Shown here: positions 11,794 through 23,800 of the stretch, piece after piece
Layout of the letters: each line of letters starts with the position of its first letter
How positions within the stretch are numbered: position 1 is the stretch's first letter
Assembly: GCA_002269645.1 (NCBI GenBank)
Contig: NIVC01003207.1
Span: 1-64,000, forward strand
Reading direction: 5' to 3'
Source: Macrostomum lignano
Lineage: Eukaryota
DNA length: 64,000 nt
Notes under the pieces: generated by a model
What the model was told of the DNA's origin: nothing
What the model saw: only the letters and a program-made list of their open reading frames with translations
The model's database searches: none
Position numbers and translations under genes: made by a program

Positions 11794-14700
11794 ATGTCTA
11801 CTACCATAGCAGATCCTGCAACTGAGTCTGAGGACTCTAGCAGCGTAGTCATAGTCTGGAAGTCGGAGTTGTACCAGCTTCAACAGGCTGCACCAAATCC
11901 TTTACCAGTGCTGGCAGTGCATCAGCCCCCAAATCCACCAGCTCAGTATGGCCCAGAGTATCATGGACCAATTGACAGAGCCGAAACTGAACAGCTATTA
12001 GCTAAAGCTGGCCAAGGTGCATTTTTAATACGCGATTCTAGCCGGAATCCTGGACAGTACACCCTCTCAATCAGATTTGATGAAGAGAATAAACATTTTC
12101 ATTTGTACTATGACTCCGATGTTGGCGAGCATTGGGTTGGAGAGAAACGATTTAACAATGTGTCAGATCTAGTAGCAGATGGACTGATTCATTTCTATGT
12201 TGAGACTAGGGGTGCTCACATATTGAAAGCGTTGGCTCAGGATGCGGCCACTGTGTATGAGGAGTCGCCCTATTATACTGCTAGGTGAGCACATGCTTTA
12301 TTTATTATCATATCAGTTTCAGTGTTTATTTTTAGACTTCATCAAACCCTTCTGAGTGCCACAATAGTACAGCTAGTATATCCAATTCCCTAACAGTACA
12401 ATCTGACCCCTAATAGTGCAATCTGACCCCTAACAGTGCAATCTGACCCCTAATAGTACAATCCACCCCAACTAATAGTACAATCCACCCCCTCTAATAG
12501 TACAATCCACCCCTCTAATGTACAATCCACCCCCTCTAATAGTACAATCCACCCCCTCTGATAGTACAATCCACCCCCTCTAATAGTAAAATCCACCCCC
12601 TCTGATAGTACAATCCACCCCCTCTAATACTACAATCCACCCCCTCTGATAGTACAATCCACCCCCTCTAATACTACAATCCAACCCCTCTAATAGTACA
12701 ATCCACCCCCTCTAATAGTACAATCCACCCCCTCTAATACTACAATCCAACCCCTCTAATACTACAATCCAACCCCTCTAATACTACAATCCAACCCCTC
12801 TAATACTACAATCCAACCCCTCTAATAGTACAATCCACCCCCTCTAATAGTACAATCCACCCCCTCTAATAGTACAATCCACCCCCTCTAATAGTACAAT
12901 CCACCCCCTCTAATAGTACAATCCACCCCCTCTAATAGTACAATCCACCCCCTCTAATAGTACAATCCACCCCCTCTAATAGTACAATCCACCCCCTCTA
13001 ATACTACAATCCAACCCCTCTAATACTACAATCCAACCCCTCTAATACTACAATCCAACCCCTCTAACACTACAATCCACTCCACTAATACCAAAATCAC
13101 TTTTCTAATCATAATATCTTAGCAAGGCAATGAATAAATTGCTCCATGAATACCGCCACGCCACTCAGGTACTACACTTTACAAAGTCGGGGCTGGCGCC
13201 GTAGGCTCGCGCCAAATTCAGCTGCCGGCGCCAGCGCTAGCGCGGCAAACTCTGGCGCTAATCTAATCAGACGAGACTCCCGTCTGCTGAACCTGCAACA
13301 GCAGGAGCAGCGCCACAGGCGAGCCAGCGAAGATGGCGCCGCATCCTCAGTGTCATCTCTGTCGCCTAGCATAGCGGCCCCCGTCGCTGTGGTCGTATCT
13401 TCCCTGTCTCCGGCTATTCCATCGACTGATTCAACTCTGGCCTCGGCCTCATCTGGACGAGTTGACGATCGAGATAGTAGCAGTGCAGATGGTGGCAGTA
13501 GTTTGAGTTTGAGCTCGGCTAGCTGTTGCGATACGGGCAAATATGAGAAGGCGCATTGTTTTCGTTTGACTACGTTTAAAGGGCCGCATTGGTGCGATTT
13601 CTGCCAGCACTTCATGTGGGGACTTATTGCACAGGTTAGCGGGGTCTTTGTTTATTGCTTATTTACTAATGTGCGGCTGGCTTCTTGGTGTATAGGAAGA
13701 GTTCAAAGGTCAGGATATGTTGCTTCAGGGAGTGGTTGATGGGTTCAGTGACCGATAGTTGCTTCAGGGAGTGGTTGATGGGTTCAGGGGCTGATGGTTG
13801 CTTCAGGGAGTGGTTGATGGGTTCAGGGACTGATGGTTGCTTCAGGGAGTGGTTGATGGGTTCAGGGGCTGATGGTGGCTTCAGAGACTGATGGTAGCTT
13901 CAGAGAGTGATAGTAGCTTCAGAGAGTGATAGTAGCTTCAGAGAGTGATAGTAGCTTCAGAGAGTGATAGTAGCTTCAGAGAGTGATAGTAGCTTCAGAG
14001 AGTGATAGTAGCTTCAGAGAGTGATAGTAGCTTCAGAGAGTGATAGTAGCTTCAGAGAGCGATAGTAGCTTCAGAGAGTGATAGTAGCTTCAGAGAGTGA
14101 TAGTAGCTTCAGAGAGTGATAGTAGCTTCAGAGAGTGATAGTGTTGAAGGATGATGGGATATTGCAGTTTTACAAAGCAAATTACATGCATAGTGCATAT
14201 TGAAAGCAATTTATCCGATATGTTTAGCCAGCATACTGCAGTAAATATGGTGTATGCAAATATTTTATCCCAACTATCAAAGCGGCCTTTTATTTTCAAC
14301 ATTTTAATGGTTCTATCAATTTTGGTTTCATTAAATTTGCCAAGCTGTAAAGTTACTACTGTATGCTGCCCATGTGTAGCCTGCGGCATCTCTCACTCTC
14401 GCTGTCCCAATTTTCCTGATTCCCACCATCAGCTTGGAATGGTTCTGACACCTAATTTTGATCTAAACCACGTATTTATAAAATATAAGCACCATGTCTG
14501 ATCCTCCTGATGCACTCTTGTTTTGAACGTTGAACGAGAAAAATGGACTGAGGATTAAGACTTGTTATAATAGATCCCAAATGCTCCCAGATCCTCAATT
14601 CTCCCAGAGCCTCAATCAGAGTCAATCTTCCCAGATCCTTAATTCTCCCAGATCCTTAATCCTCCCAGGCCCTCAATCTTCCCAGATCCTCAATCTTCCC

Positions 14701-15574
14701 AGATCCCCAATTTGGCCAATTTTCCTACATTCTCAATCCTTCCAGATATTCAATCTTTCCAGATCCTCAATTCTTCCCAGATCCCCAAACTTCCCAGATC
14801 CTCAGCCAACCCAGTGTCGCCACCAACTACAGAGACCCCCAAAACCGTTCTCAGGGCTTCCGCTGCACCGACTGCGGTTTCCAAGCCCACCGTCGTTGCG
14901 CTGATCGAGTGCCGCCGCACTGCCTGCCGGACATGAAGTACGTGAAGCGCGTGTTCGGGTCCGATCTGACCACCCTAGTCAAGGCCACGCCGCCCACCGC
15001 GGTACCCGGCGTCCCGGCCGTGCTCGAACGCTGTGTAGACGAGATCGAATCTCGCGGCCTGGACTCCGAAGGCCTGTACCGGGTGGCCGGTTTTCACGAC
15101 GATATCGAAGTGATTAAACTGGCATTCGATAAGGAGACACTAGATAATCCTGTGGATCTGTCACGGTTTGACGATGTTAACACAGTTGCTAGCGTTTTGA
15201 AGGCCTACCTGCGCTCGCTGCCCATCCCTGTGATCACCTACGATATGTACGACAAGTTCTTGGCTGTTGTGCGTCGGGAAGGCGACGATTCAACGGCGCA
15301 GTTGAACGCCAGCCTGCGCCAGTGCGTGTCGGAGCTTCCGCCTGCGCATCGGCAGACTCTGAATTATCTGTGCCGACATCTGCACCGCGTGGCTGCTAGG
15401 CAACGGATCAACATGATGTCGCCAGAGAATCTGGCTATAGTGTTGGCTCCGACTCTGCTAAGATCGCCGAGCGCCGAATACATTGCAGACCCGTTGCGCG
15501 TGTTGAATAATGCCAAGTATGAGAGATTGGTAGTTGAGATGCTGATATCGGAGTATGAGACTGTGTTTGCGTGA
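11794..15574 (+). CDS. CHN1: Chimaerin (SH2-C1-RhoGAP), 3 coding exons, 558 aa
   Basis: Exons 11794-12284, 13169-13634 and 14855-15574 join with GT-AG and consistent phases (2, 0). The N-terminal [13 protein letters not shown] resembles alpha2-chimaerin WKSYLYQLQQEAP and is followed by an SH2 domain. The C1 domain is [27 protein letters not shown]|[23 protein letters not shown], and the GAP arginine finger is [11 protein letters not shown]1 versus CHN2 cannot be resolved. Confidence 0.93.
12400..13085. repeat. 22-bp intronic minisatellite (AATAGTACAATCCACCCCCTCT)
   Basis: About 30 tandem copies in chimaerin intron 1. Confidence 0.92.
13718..14142. repeat. Compound minisatellite: 39-bp unit (about 4 copies) grading into a 19-bp unit (about 13 copies)
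   Basis: GTTGCTTCAGGGAGTGGTTGATGGGTTCAGGGACTGATG repeats, then AGCTTCAGAGAGTGATAGT repeats. The two share a GCTTCAG(G/A)GAGTG core. Confidence 0.9.
14575..14810. repeat. Degenerate 18-bp repeat upstream of the chimaerin exon 3 acceptor
   Basis: CCCAGATCCTCAATCTTC-like units. Confidence 0.75.
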
Positions 15575-15735
15575 CTGTTTTTAGTCTTTGTTTTAATGTA
15601 CTTTTTAGCCTATTTTAATTTCCTGCTAGTCCTTTTAACTTTTCTTAATATTGAAGTTTGTTATGTACTTTGTCTGCCCATTTAGTTCCCTAATTAACCC
15701 CATTATATTTCCCCATTGTATTCCGCAGTATATTC

Positions 15736-16562
15736 CCCATTGAGTCTGATCCTCAGGGTCTAATTCCTATTGAGTCTGATCCCCAGGGTCTAATCCCCAT
15801 TCAGTTTGATCCCCACCATTGAGTCTAATCCTCATTGAGTCTGATCCCCATTGAGTCTAATCCCCATTGAGTCTGATCCTCAGGGTCTAATTCCTATTGA
15901 GTCTGATCCCCAGGGTCTAATCCCCATTCAGTTTGATCCCCACCATTGAGTCTAATCCTCATTGAGTCTAATCCCCATTGAGTCTGATCCTCAGGGTCTA
16001 ATTCCTATTGAGTCTGATCCCCCGGGTCTAATCCCCATTCAGTTTGATCCCCACCATTGAGTCTAATCCTCATTGAGTCTGATCCCCATTGAGTCTAATC
16101 CCCATTGAGTCTGATCCTCAGGGTCTAATTCCTATTGAGTCTGATCCCCAGGGTCTAATCCCCATTCAGTTTGATCCCCACCATTGAGTCTAATCCTCAT
16201 TGAGTCTGATCCCCATTGAGTCTAATCCCCAGGTTCTAATCCCCATTGAGTCTGATCCCCAGGTTCTAATCCCCATTGAGTCTGATTCCCATTTGAGTCT
16301 GATCCCAGGGTCTAATCCCCATTGAGTCTGATCCCCACCATTGAGCCTGATCCCCACCATTGAGTCTGATCCCCATTGAGTCTGATCCCCACCTTTGAGC
16401 CTGATCCCCATTGAGTTTGCTCCCCTCATTGAGTCTGATCCCTACCTTTGAGCCTGATCCCCATTGAGTCTGATCCCCTCATTGAGTCTGATCCCTACCA
16501 TTGAGTCTGATCCCCATTGAGTCTGATCCCCATTGAGTCTAATCCCCATTGAGTCTAATTCC
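15736..16562. repeat. 16-bp minisatellite (CCCCATTGAGTCTGAT) with higher-order blocks
   Basis: Tandem units downstream of the chimaerin stop codon. A multi-unit block of about 110-130 bp recurs about 4 times. Confidence 0.9.
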
Positions 16563-17559
16563 TATCCTAAGTCTGTTTCCCTAGCTCATTACAATCTGGC
16601 TTTTACTAATTGTTTAAGTCGCTTTTTGCTTCTTAGCTTTGCAATAATTTGTAGGATTAAGAAATTATTATTAACTTATTTAATTAGCATAACTTTTATT
16701 AATATCTCATCATCAGACTACTTTGCTGGGCATAGTATTATTTATTGTATTTGTTATAGTTACCTGTTATTTGGTATTTTTGCCAACAGGTGTCTCTAAA
16801 TCAATTATGTACTCTGACCGTTACTACTTAGTACATGCTAGTAGTATATATTTAAATGTGTCATATAGATACTCGTACATGTTTAAAGTCTGCATTACAA
16901 CAGCTTTCAACTCATATTGCAGCCATTCGATATCTGTTAAATGTTAATTCATTCCCATTGAATATAACAATTTCAACTTGTTATAACGCACCGCTTTTGT
17001 CTCTGCGCTTTACCCACTCGGCATGGAATTTTATTATTCATATTTTATCATATATATATATATATATATACCCAAAAGTCTTTCATCTTCATCGAATAAA
17101 AATACCCTATTTGCTGGATAATCTCTGTTGCTTATTTTCAAAAAACGAATTAGCATGAATTCAGGGCATTTTTTGTTAAAGTTTATTTTCATTTTTACTC
17201 GTTAACATAGCAAGTAATTCTTTGTGGGACATTAATTTTCAATTAATAAATTGTTTGTTTTATAAATAGTATTCGTTTATGTGTGCATGTATTAATATTG
17301 ATTTTATCTTTGCTTTTATTGATATCTAAGAGGCCTATGCGAATCTTATTGTTATTAATTTCAATTTAAATATTGTTAGTGTTATTTCTAATATTTGCTG
17401 TTCCTTGTCTTGTTAACAAACTAACTGCTTTTTTGCTGTCGGCTAAATGGCAATTTATCTACAAAAATAAATATAAAGATGCGTGTCTTATGCTTTAAAT
17501 ATTGATTGGTAACTGTCTTATTGTGTGTTATTTTGTAAATCGCTCTTTTGTCACTCTTT

Positions 17560-18352
17560 TGATGTCACTGTGACACTGTGGGTGTCACTGTGAGTCACTC
17601 CTCTGGTGTCATAGTGAGTCACTCTTCTGGTGTCACTGTTAGTCACTCTGGTGTCATAATGAGTCACTCTTCTGGTGTCACTGTGAGTCACTCCTCTGGT
17701 GTCATAATGAGTCACTCTTCTGGTGTCACTGTGAGTCACTCCTCTGGTGTCATAATGAGTCACTCTTCTGGTGTCACTGTGAGTCACTCCTCTGGTGTCA
17801 TAATGAGTCACTCTTCTGGTGTCACTGTGAGTCACTCCTCTGGTGTCATAATGAGTCACTCTTCTGGTGTCACTGTGCGTCACTCCTCTGGTGTCATAAT
17901 GAGTCACTCTTCTGGTGTCACTGTGAGTCACTCCTCTGGTGTCATAATGAGTCACTCTTCTGGTGTCACTGTGAGTCACTCCTCTGGTGTCATAATGAGT
18001 CACTCTTCTGGTGTCACTGTGAGTCACTCCTCTGGTGTCATAATGAGTCACTCTTCTGGTGTCACTGTGAGTCACTCCTCTGGTGTCATAATGAGTCACT
18101 CTTCTGGTGTCACTGTGAGTCACTCCTCTGGTGTCATAATAAGTCACTCTTCTGGTGTCACTGTGAGTCACTCCTCTGGTGTCATAATGAGTCACTCTTC
18201 TGGTGTCACTGTTAGTCATTCCTCTGGTGTCATAATGAGTCACTCTTCTGGTGTCACTGTGAGTCACTCCTCTGGTGTCATAATGAGTCACTCTTCTGGT
18301 GTCACTGTGAGTCACTCCTCTGGTGTCATAATGAGTCACTCTTCTGGTGTCG
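17560..18352. repeat. 48-bp (2 x 24) dimeric minisatellite
   Basis: GTGTCACTGTGAGTCACTCCTCTG alternates with GTGTCATAATGAGTCACTCTTCTG. Confidence 0.95.
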
Positions 18353-18924
18353 CAGTAAATCACTTATTGAGTATCGCGTGCTGTGAGTCACAAGTATTGG
18401 GCACAGAATGCAAGAGTTCGAATACAAGTATTACCGGAAAATTGGAGTAGCGCTTAGCTAAGCCTAAAGCAATTATTCTTACATTATACATGTCAGTGGC
18501 ACTACATCTATAGCTTAGTCAAATATATCTATTGTTCACTTACATTTGCATATTTTGCATATGTAAATCTTTTGAACTAAATGATTTGAATTGCATAATA
18601 TACGTGTACAAGTTTGCCTGCAAAAACTAGTGGAAGCCTAGCTGCTATGGCAACAATTGCGAATATTTGCAAGTATTCATGTAGCCTAGTAACGTGCGTC
18701 CCTTATCTAAATGAAGACAACTTGCTGCACATTCTACAGTGTATGGTTAACTATAAAGTTCATTCACTGCATGTGTGCATATCAGCTCTGCATTTTATTA
18801 GTTCAATTTTGCGCTCTATCTGCTGGTTTATAGCCTCAATGTGGGCGGGTTATAAACACGATATAAATATATTAGTTTTACTTTTCAGATTGTTAAAAAT
18901 AAAAAAATACTTTCTGTTTTAAAA

Positions 18925-19630
18925 CCAAGAGAAAAGGGCGCGCCACCAAAAGACAGGGGCGCCCTCCAAGAGACAGGGGCGCCTACCAAGAGACAAGGGC
19001 GCCAACCAAGAGACAATGGCGCCTACCAAGAGACAGGGGTGCCAACCAAGAGACAGGGGGCGCCCACCAAGAGACAGGGGGCGCCCACCAAGAGACAGGG
19101 GGCGCCCACCAAGAGACAGGGGCGCCCACCAGGAGACAGGGGCGCCCACCAAGAGACAGGGGCATCCTCTAAGAGACAGGAGCGCCCCACCAATAGACAA
19201 GGGCGCCAACCAAGAGACAATGGCGCCTACCAAGAGACAAGGGCGCCAACCAAGAGACAATGGCGCCTACCAAGAGACGGGCGCCCGCCAAGAGGTAGGG
19301 GCACCCTCCAAGAGACAGGGGTGCCAACCAAGAGACAGGGGGCGCCCACCAAGAGACAGGGGGCGCCCACCAAGAGACAGGGGGCGCCCACCAAGAGACA
19401 GGGGGCGCCCACCAAGAGACAGGTGGCGCCCACCAAGAGACGGGCGCCCGCCAAGAGGTAGGGGCGCCAACCAAGAGACAGGGGACGCCATCCAAGAGAC
19501 AGGGGCGCCCACCAAGAGACAGGGGGCGCCCACCAAGAGACAGGGGCGCCCACCAAGAGATAGGGGCGCCCACCAAGAGACGGGCGCCCGCCAAGAGGTA
19601 GGGGCGCCATCCAAGAGACAGGGGCGCCCG
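18925..19630. repeat. 21-22-bp GC-rich minisatellite (GGGGCGCCCACCAAGAGACAG)
   Basis: Tandem units explain the many overlapping short ORFs here. Confidence 0.92.
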
Positions 19631-20257
19631 CTAACACTGAGCTACGGCTCCCTTTGAGTTATAAACATTCCTGGTTGCGTTACTGTATGTCAAGAATCAC
19701 TAAGCAGTTAGAAATGCGCAGAAGATTCTAGGCAGTGAATAGACCGTAAAAAGCTTAATAAAGAAAACAACTTCACCGCACAGCGCCACTAAAGTCGTAA
19801 CAAGAGAAACCTGGCAAAATGCTAAACAAAATTGAGAGAGAGAGAGAGCTCGATTTCTTTCGCCGAGCTGAAAAAATAGTGCCCGGGTGTATGCATAAAC
19901 ATATACAGTATATGTGGCAAGAAGTGTTTCTTCTTAAAAAAGAAAGAATCCACGTGTGCCGCTATTGCCAAAGGCGCGACTCGCCTCGCGTACTCATTCT
20001 GCTTCCAACTAGGCTAGGTTAGAAAATACAGGGTGAGAGAGAGAGGGTGAGAGAGTGAAGGCGTATTGCAAACATTCTAGGCTTGAGTATATCTGCACAC
20101 ACTGTGTATGCCAAACAGCCATTTCCCTGCTTGTAGTTTTCCTGCAGCCTAGTAAATTACTTGCAACACTACGAGTATTAAATAATGAAGAAGCAGCATT
20201 TGATTTATCGATAGATTGATTGAATCCCAACATCAGTCAGGACGGCAACAATAGATC

Positions 20258-20584
20258 ATGCTGAAGTCTGATACTGACAGCTATAATTATTCCACCATTG
20301 ATGAGTCGATTGCTAGCACCGAGTCCACTCTGCGGTACTGCCTGTGGAAGAAGGTGAGCCGCGATTGGGCTGGCTGGAGCTGGGGAGAGGGAGCGGAAGA
20401 GGGAATAGAGAGAAAGGGGAAGGGAAGAAATGAGAGAGGGAGAGGGTAGAGAGAGAGGGGAGGGTAGAGAGAGAGGGGGGAAGGTAGAGAGAGAGGGGAG
20501 GGTAGAGAGAGAGGGGGGAGGGCACAGAGAGAAAGGTGGGAGGGTAGAGAGGGGAGGGTAGAGAGGGGAGGGTAGAGAGGGAGG

Positions 20585-20653
<69 letters not shown>

Positions 20654-20806
20654 CGCGAGGGTAGAGAGAGAGATGGGGAGGGAAGAGAGAGATGGGAAGG
20701 GAAGAGAGAGGAGGGTAGAGAGAGACGCGAGGGTAGAGAGAAAGAGAGGGGAGGGAAGAGAGAGGGGGCAGAGAGAGAGGCGAGGGTAGAGAAAAAAGAG
20801 GGGAGG

Positions 20807-20897
<91 letters not shown>

Positions 20898-23800
20898 CGC
20901 GAGGGTAGAGAGAGAGATGGGGAGGGAAGAGAGAGATGGGGAGGGAAGAGAGAGATGGGAAGGGAAGAGAGAGGAGGGTAGAGAGAGACGCGAGGGTAGA
21001 GAGAAAGAGAGGGGAGGGAAGAGAGAGGAGGGTAGAGAGAGACGCGAGGGTAGAGAGAAAGAGAGGGGAGGGAAGAGAGAGGAGGCTAGAGAGAGACGCG
21101 AGGGTAGAGAGAGAGAGAGAGAAAGAGAGGGGAGGGAAGAGAGAGGGGGCAGAGAGAGAGGCGAGGGTAGAGAAAAAAGAGGGGAGGGTAGAGAGAGAGG
21201 GAGAGAGGCTGTCGTCATTCAGTGGTCCAGCGCGGCGATCTGATGTGCCAGCGGCCCAGGCTCGATTCCAAGTGCAGTCTCATTAATTTGGTGCTCAATT
21301 GGAATCTCGGCTTGGCTCTGCTCGTGCAATTAACGACCTTGAAGGCCAACCTCCAATTAGGAACAGTGAAGTGTACATGCCTAACGATAATATAAAGTTA
21401 GGGTCGCTGTACACTCCTGTGTGAGTGTTGCCTGCTCAGGGGAGTCAGCAGAATGGGCAGTAATGCCTCTCGCCGGTTGTGACAATGTCGCTTAAAGTGC
21501 GCCAGGGTGCTCAGAGCCCCCCCCCCCCTGTCTATAGAGGGAGAGAGTAGCAAAACTAGAGAAAAAATTCAGAAACGATCGAGGTTGAGCAAAGAGCCAA
21601 CAAGTTGCTCAAGGTGAAATTTATGGTTCAATAAGTCACATTCAGAGAATTTTACTGTCAGATGATCAGCCAAAATTAACGTGACCGTTTCTTTTTCGTT
21701 TAAAAAGTGCTACAATCTTCAGTGTAGCAGTTTGAGGTTCAATCACAAAGCAAAGTCAAGCAAAGATAATTCTAACAGCTGTTTCGCTAAAAAGTCGGAG
21801 GGAGCCCTCAACCCCTTCCTGTGCACAAACATAAAACTGTCTTGTATAATAAATTTTAATGGGATGCACAGCATGATTGACTCTGATAGCGGGGAAAAGT
21901 TTTACATGTAGCTGGGATCTCTGCAGATGCATTGGCGAACTCTGATTCGTGTGGTTCACAGATACTAATTTTGCAGTACTGGTAATATTCTGTCTAACAG
22001 TCCTGACACCCTCTGTCTAACAGTCCTGACGCCCTCTGTCTAAAAGTCCTGACACCCTCTGTCTAACAGTCCTGACGCCCTCTGTTTAACAGTCCTGACA
22101 CCCTCTGTCTAACAGTCCTGACACCCCTGTCTAACAGTCCCGACACCCTCTGTCTAACAGTCCTGACACCCCCGTGTCTAACAGTCCCGACACCCTCTGT
22201 CTAACAGCCCTGACACCCCCGTGTCTAACAGTCCCGACACCCTCTGTCTAACAGTCCTGACACCCCCGTGTCTAACAGTCCTGACACCCTCTGTCTAACA
22301 GTCCCGACACCCTCTGTCTAACAGTCCTGACGCCCTCTGTCTAACAGTCCTGACGCCCTCTGTCTAACAGTCCTGACGCCCTCTGTCTAAAAGTCCTGAC
22401 ACCCTCTGTCTAACAGTCCTGACGCCCTCTGTCTAACAGTCCTGACACCCTCTGTCTAACAGTCCCGACACCCTCTGTCTAACAGTCCTGACACCCCTGT
22501 CTAACAGTCCCGACACCCTCTGTCTAACAGTCCTGACACCCCCGTGTCTAACAGTCCCGACACCCTCTGTCTAACAGTCCTGACACCCCCGTGTCTAACA
22601 GACCTGACACCCTCTGTCTAACAGTCCTGACACCCTCTGTCTAACAGTCCTGACGCCCTCTGTCTAACAGTCCTGACGCCCTCTGTCTAAAAGTCCTGAC
22701 ACCCTCTGTCTAACAGTCCTGACGCCCTCTGTCTAACAGTCCTGACACCCTCTGTCTAACAGTCCCGACACCCCTGTCTAACAGTCCTGACACCCTCTGT
22801 CTAACAGTCCTGACACCCCTGTCTAACAGTCCTGACACCCTCTGTCTAACAGTCCCGACACCCTCTGTCTAACAGTCCCGACACCCTCTGTCTAACAGTC
22901 CCGACACCCTCTGTCTAACAGTCCTGACACCCCCGTGTCTAACAGTCCTGACACCCTCTGTCTAACAGTCCTGACACCCCCGTGTCTAACAGTCCCGACA
23001 CCCTCTGTCTAACAGTCCTGACACCCCGTGTCTAACAGTCCCGACACCCTCTGTCTAACAGTCCTGACACCCCCGTGTCTAACAGTCCTGACACCCTCTG
23101 TCTAACAGTCCCGACACCCTCTGTCTAACTGTCCTGACGCCCTCTGTCTAACAGTCCTGACGCCCTCTGTCTAACAGCCCTGACACCCTCTGTCTAACAG
23201 TCCTGACACCCCCGTGTCTAACAGTCCTGACACCCTCTGTCTAACAGTCCTGACACCCCCGTGTCTAACAGTCCCGACACCCTCTGTCTAACAGTCCTGA
23301 CACCCCCGTGTCTAACAGTCCCGACACCCTCTGTCTAACAGTCCTGACACCCCCGTGTCTAACAGTCCTGACACCCTCTGTCTAACAGTCCCGACACCCT
23401 CTGTCTAACAGTCCTGACGCCCTCTGTCTAAAAGTCCTGACACCCTCTGTCTAACAGTCCTGACACCCTCTGTCTAACAGTCCTGACACCCTCTGTCTAA
23501 CAGTCCCGACACCCTCTGTCTAACAGTCCCGACACCCTCTGTCTAACAGTCCCGACACCCTCTGTCTAACAGTCCTGACACCCCCGTGTCTAACAGTCCC
23601 GACACCATCTGTCTAACAGTCCTGACACCCTCTGTCTAACAGTCCTGACACCCCCGTGTCTAACAGTCCCGACACCCTCTGTCTAACAGTCCTGACACCC
23701 CCGTGTCTAACAGTCCCGACACCCTCTGTCTAACAGTCCTGACACCCCCGTGTCTAACAGTCCTGACACCCTCTGTCTAACAGTCCCGACACCCTCTGTC

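Noticed and set aside
17551-19657. Long ORFs (up to 290 aa)
   Set aside because: Translations of the 24/48-bp and 21-bp minisatellites.
21207-21275. tRNA gene
   Set aside because: Only A/B-box-like motifs with no cloverleaf. Treated as a SINE head.
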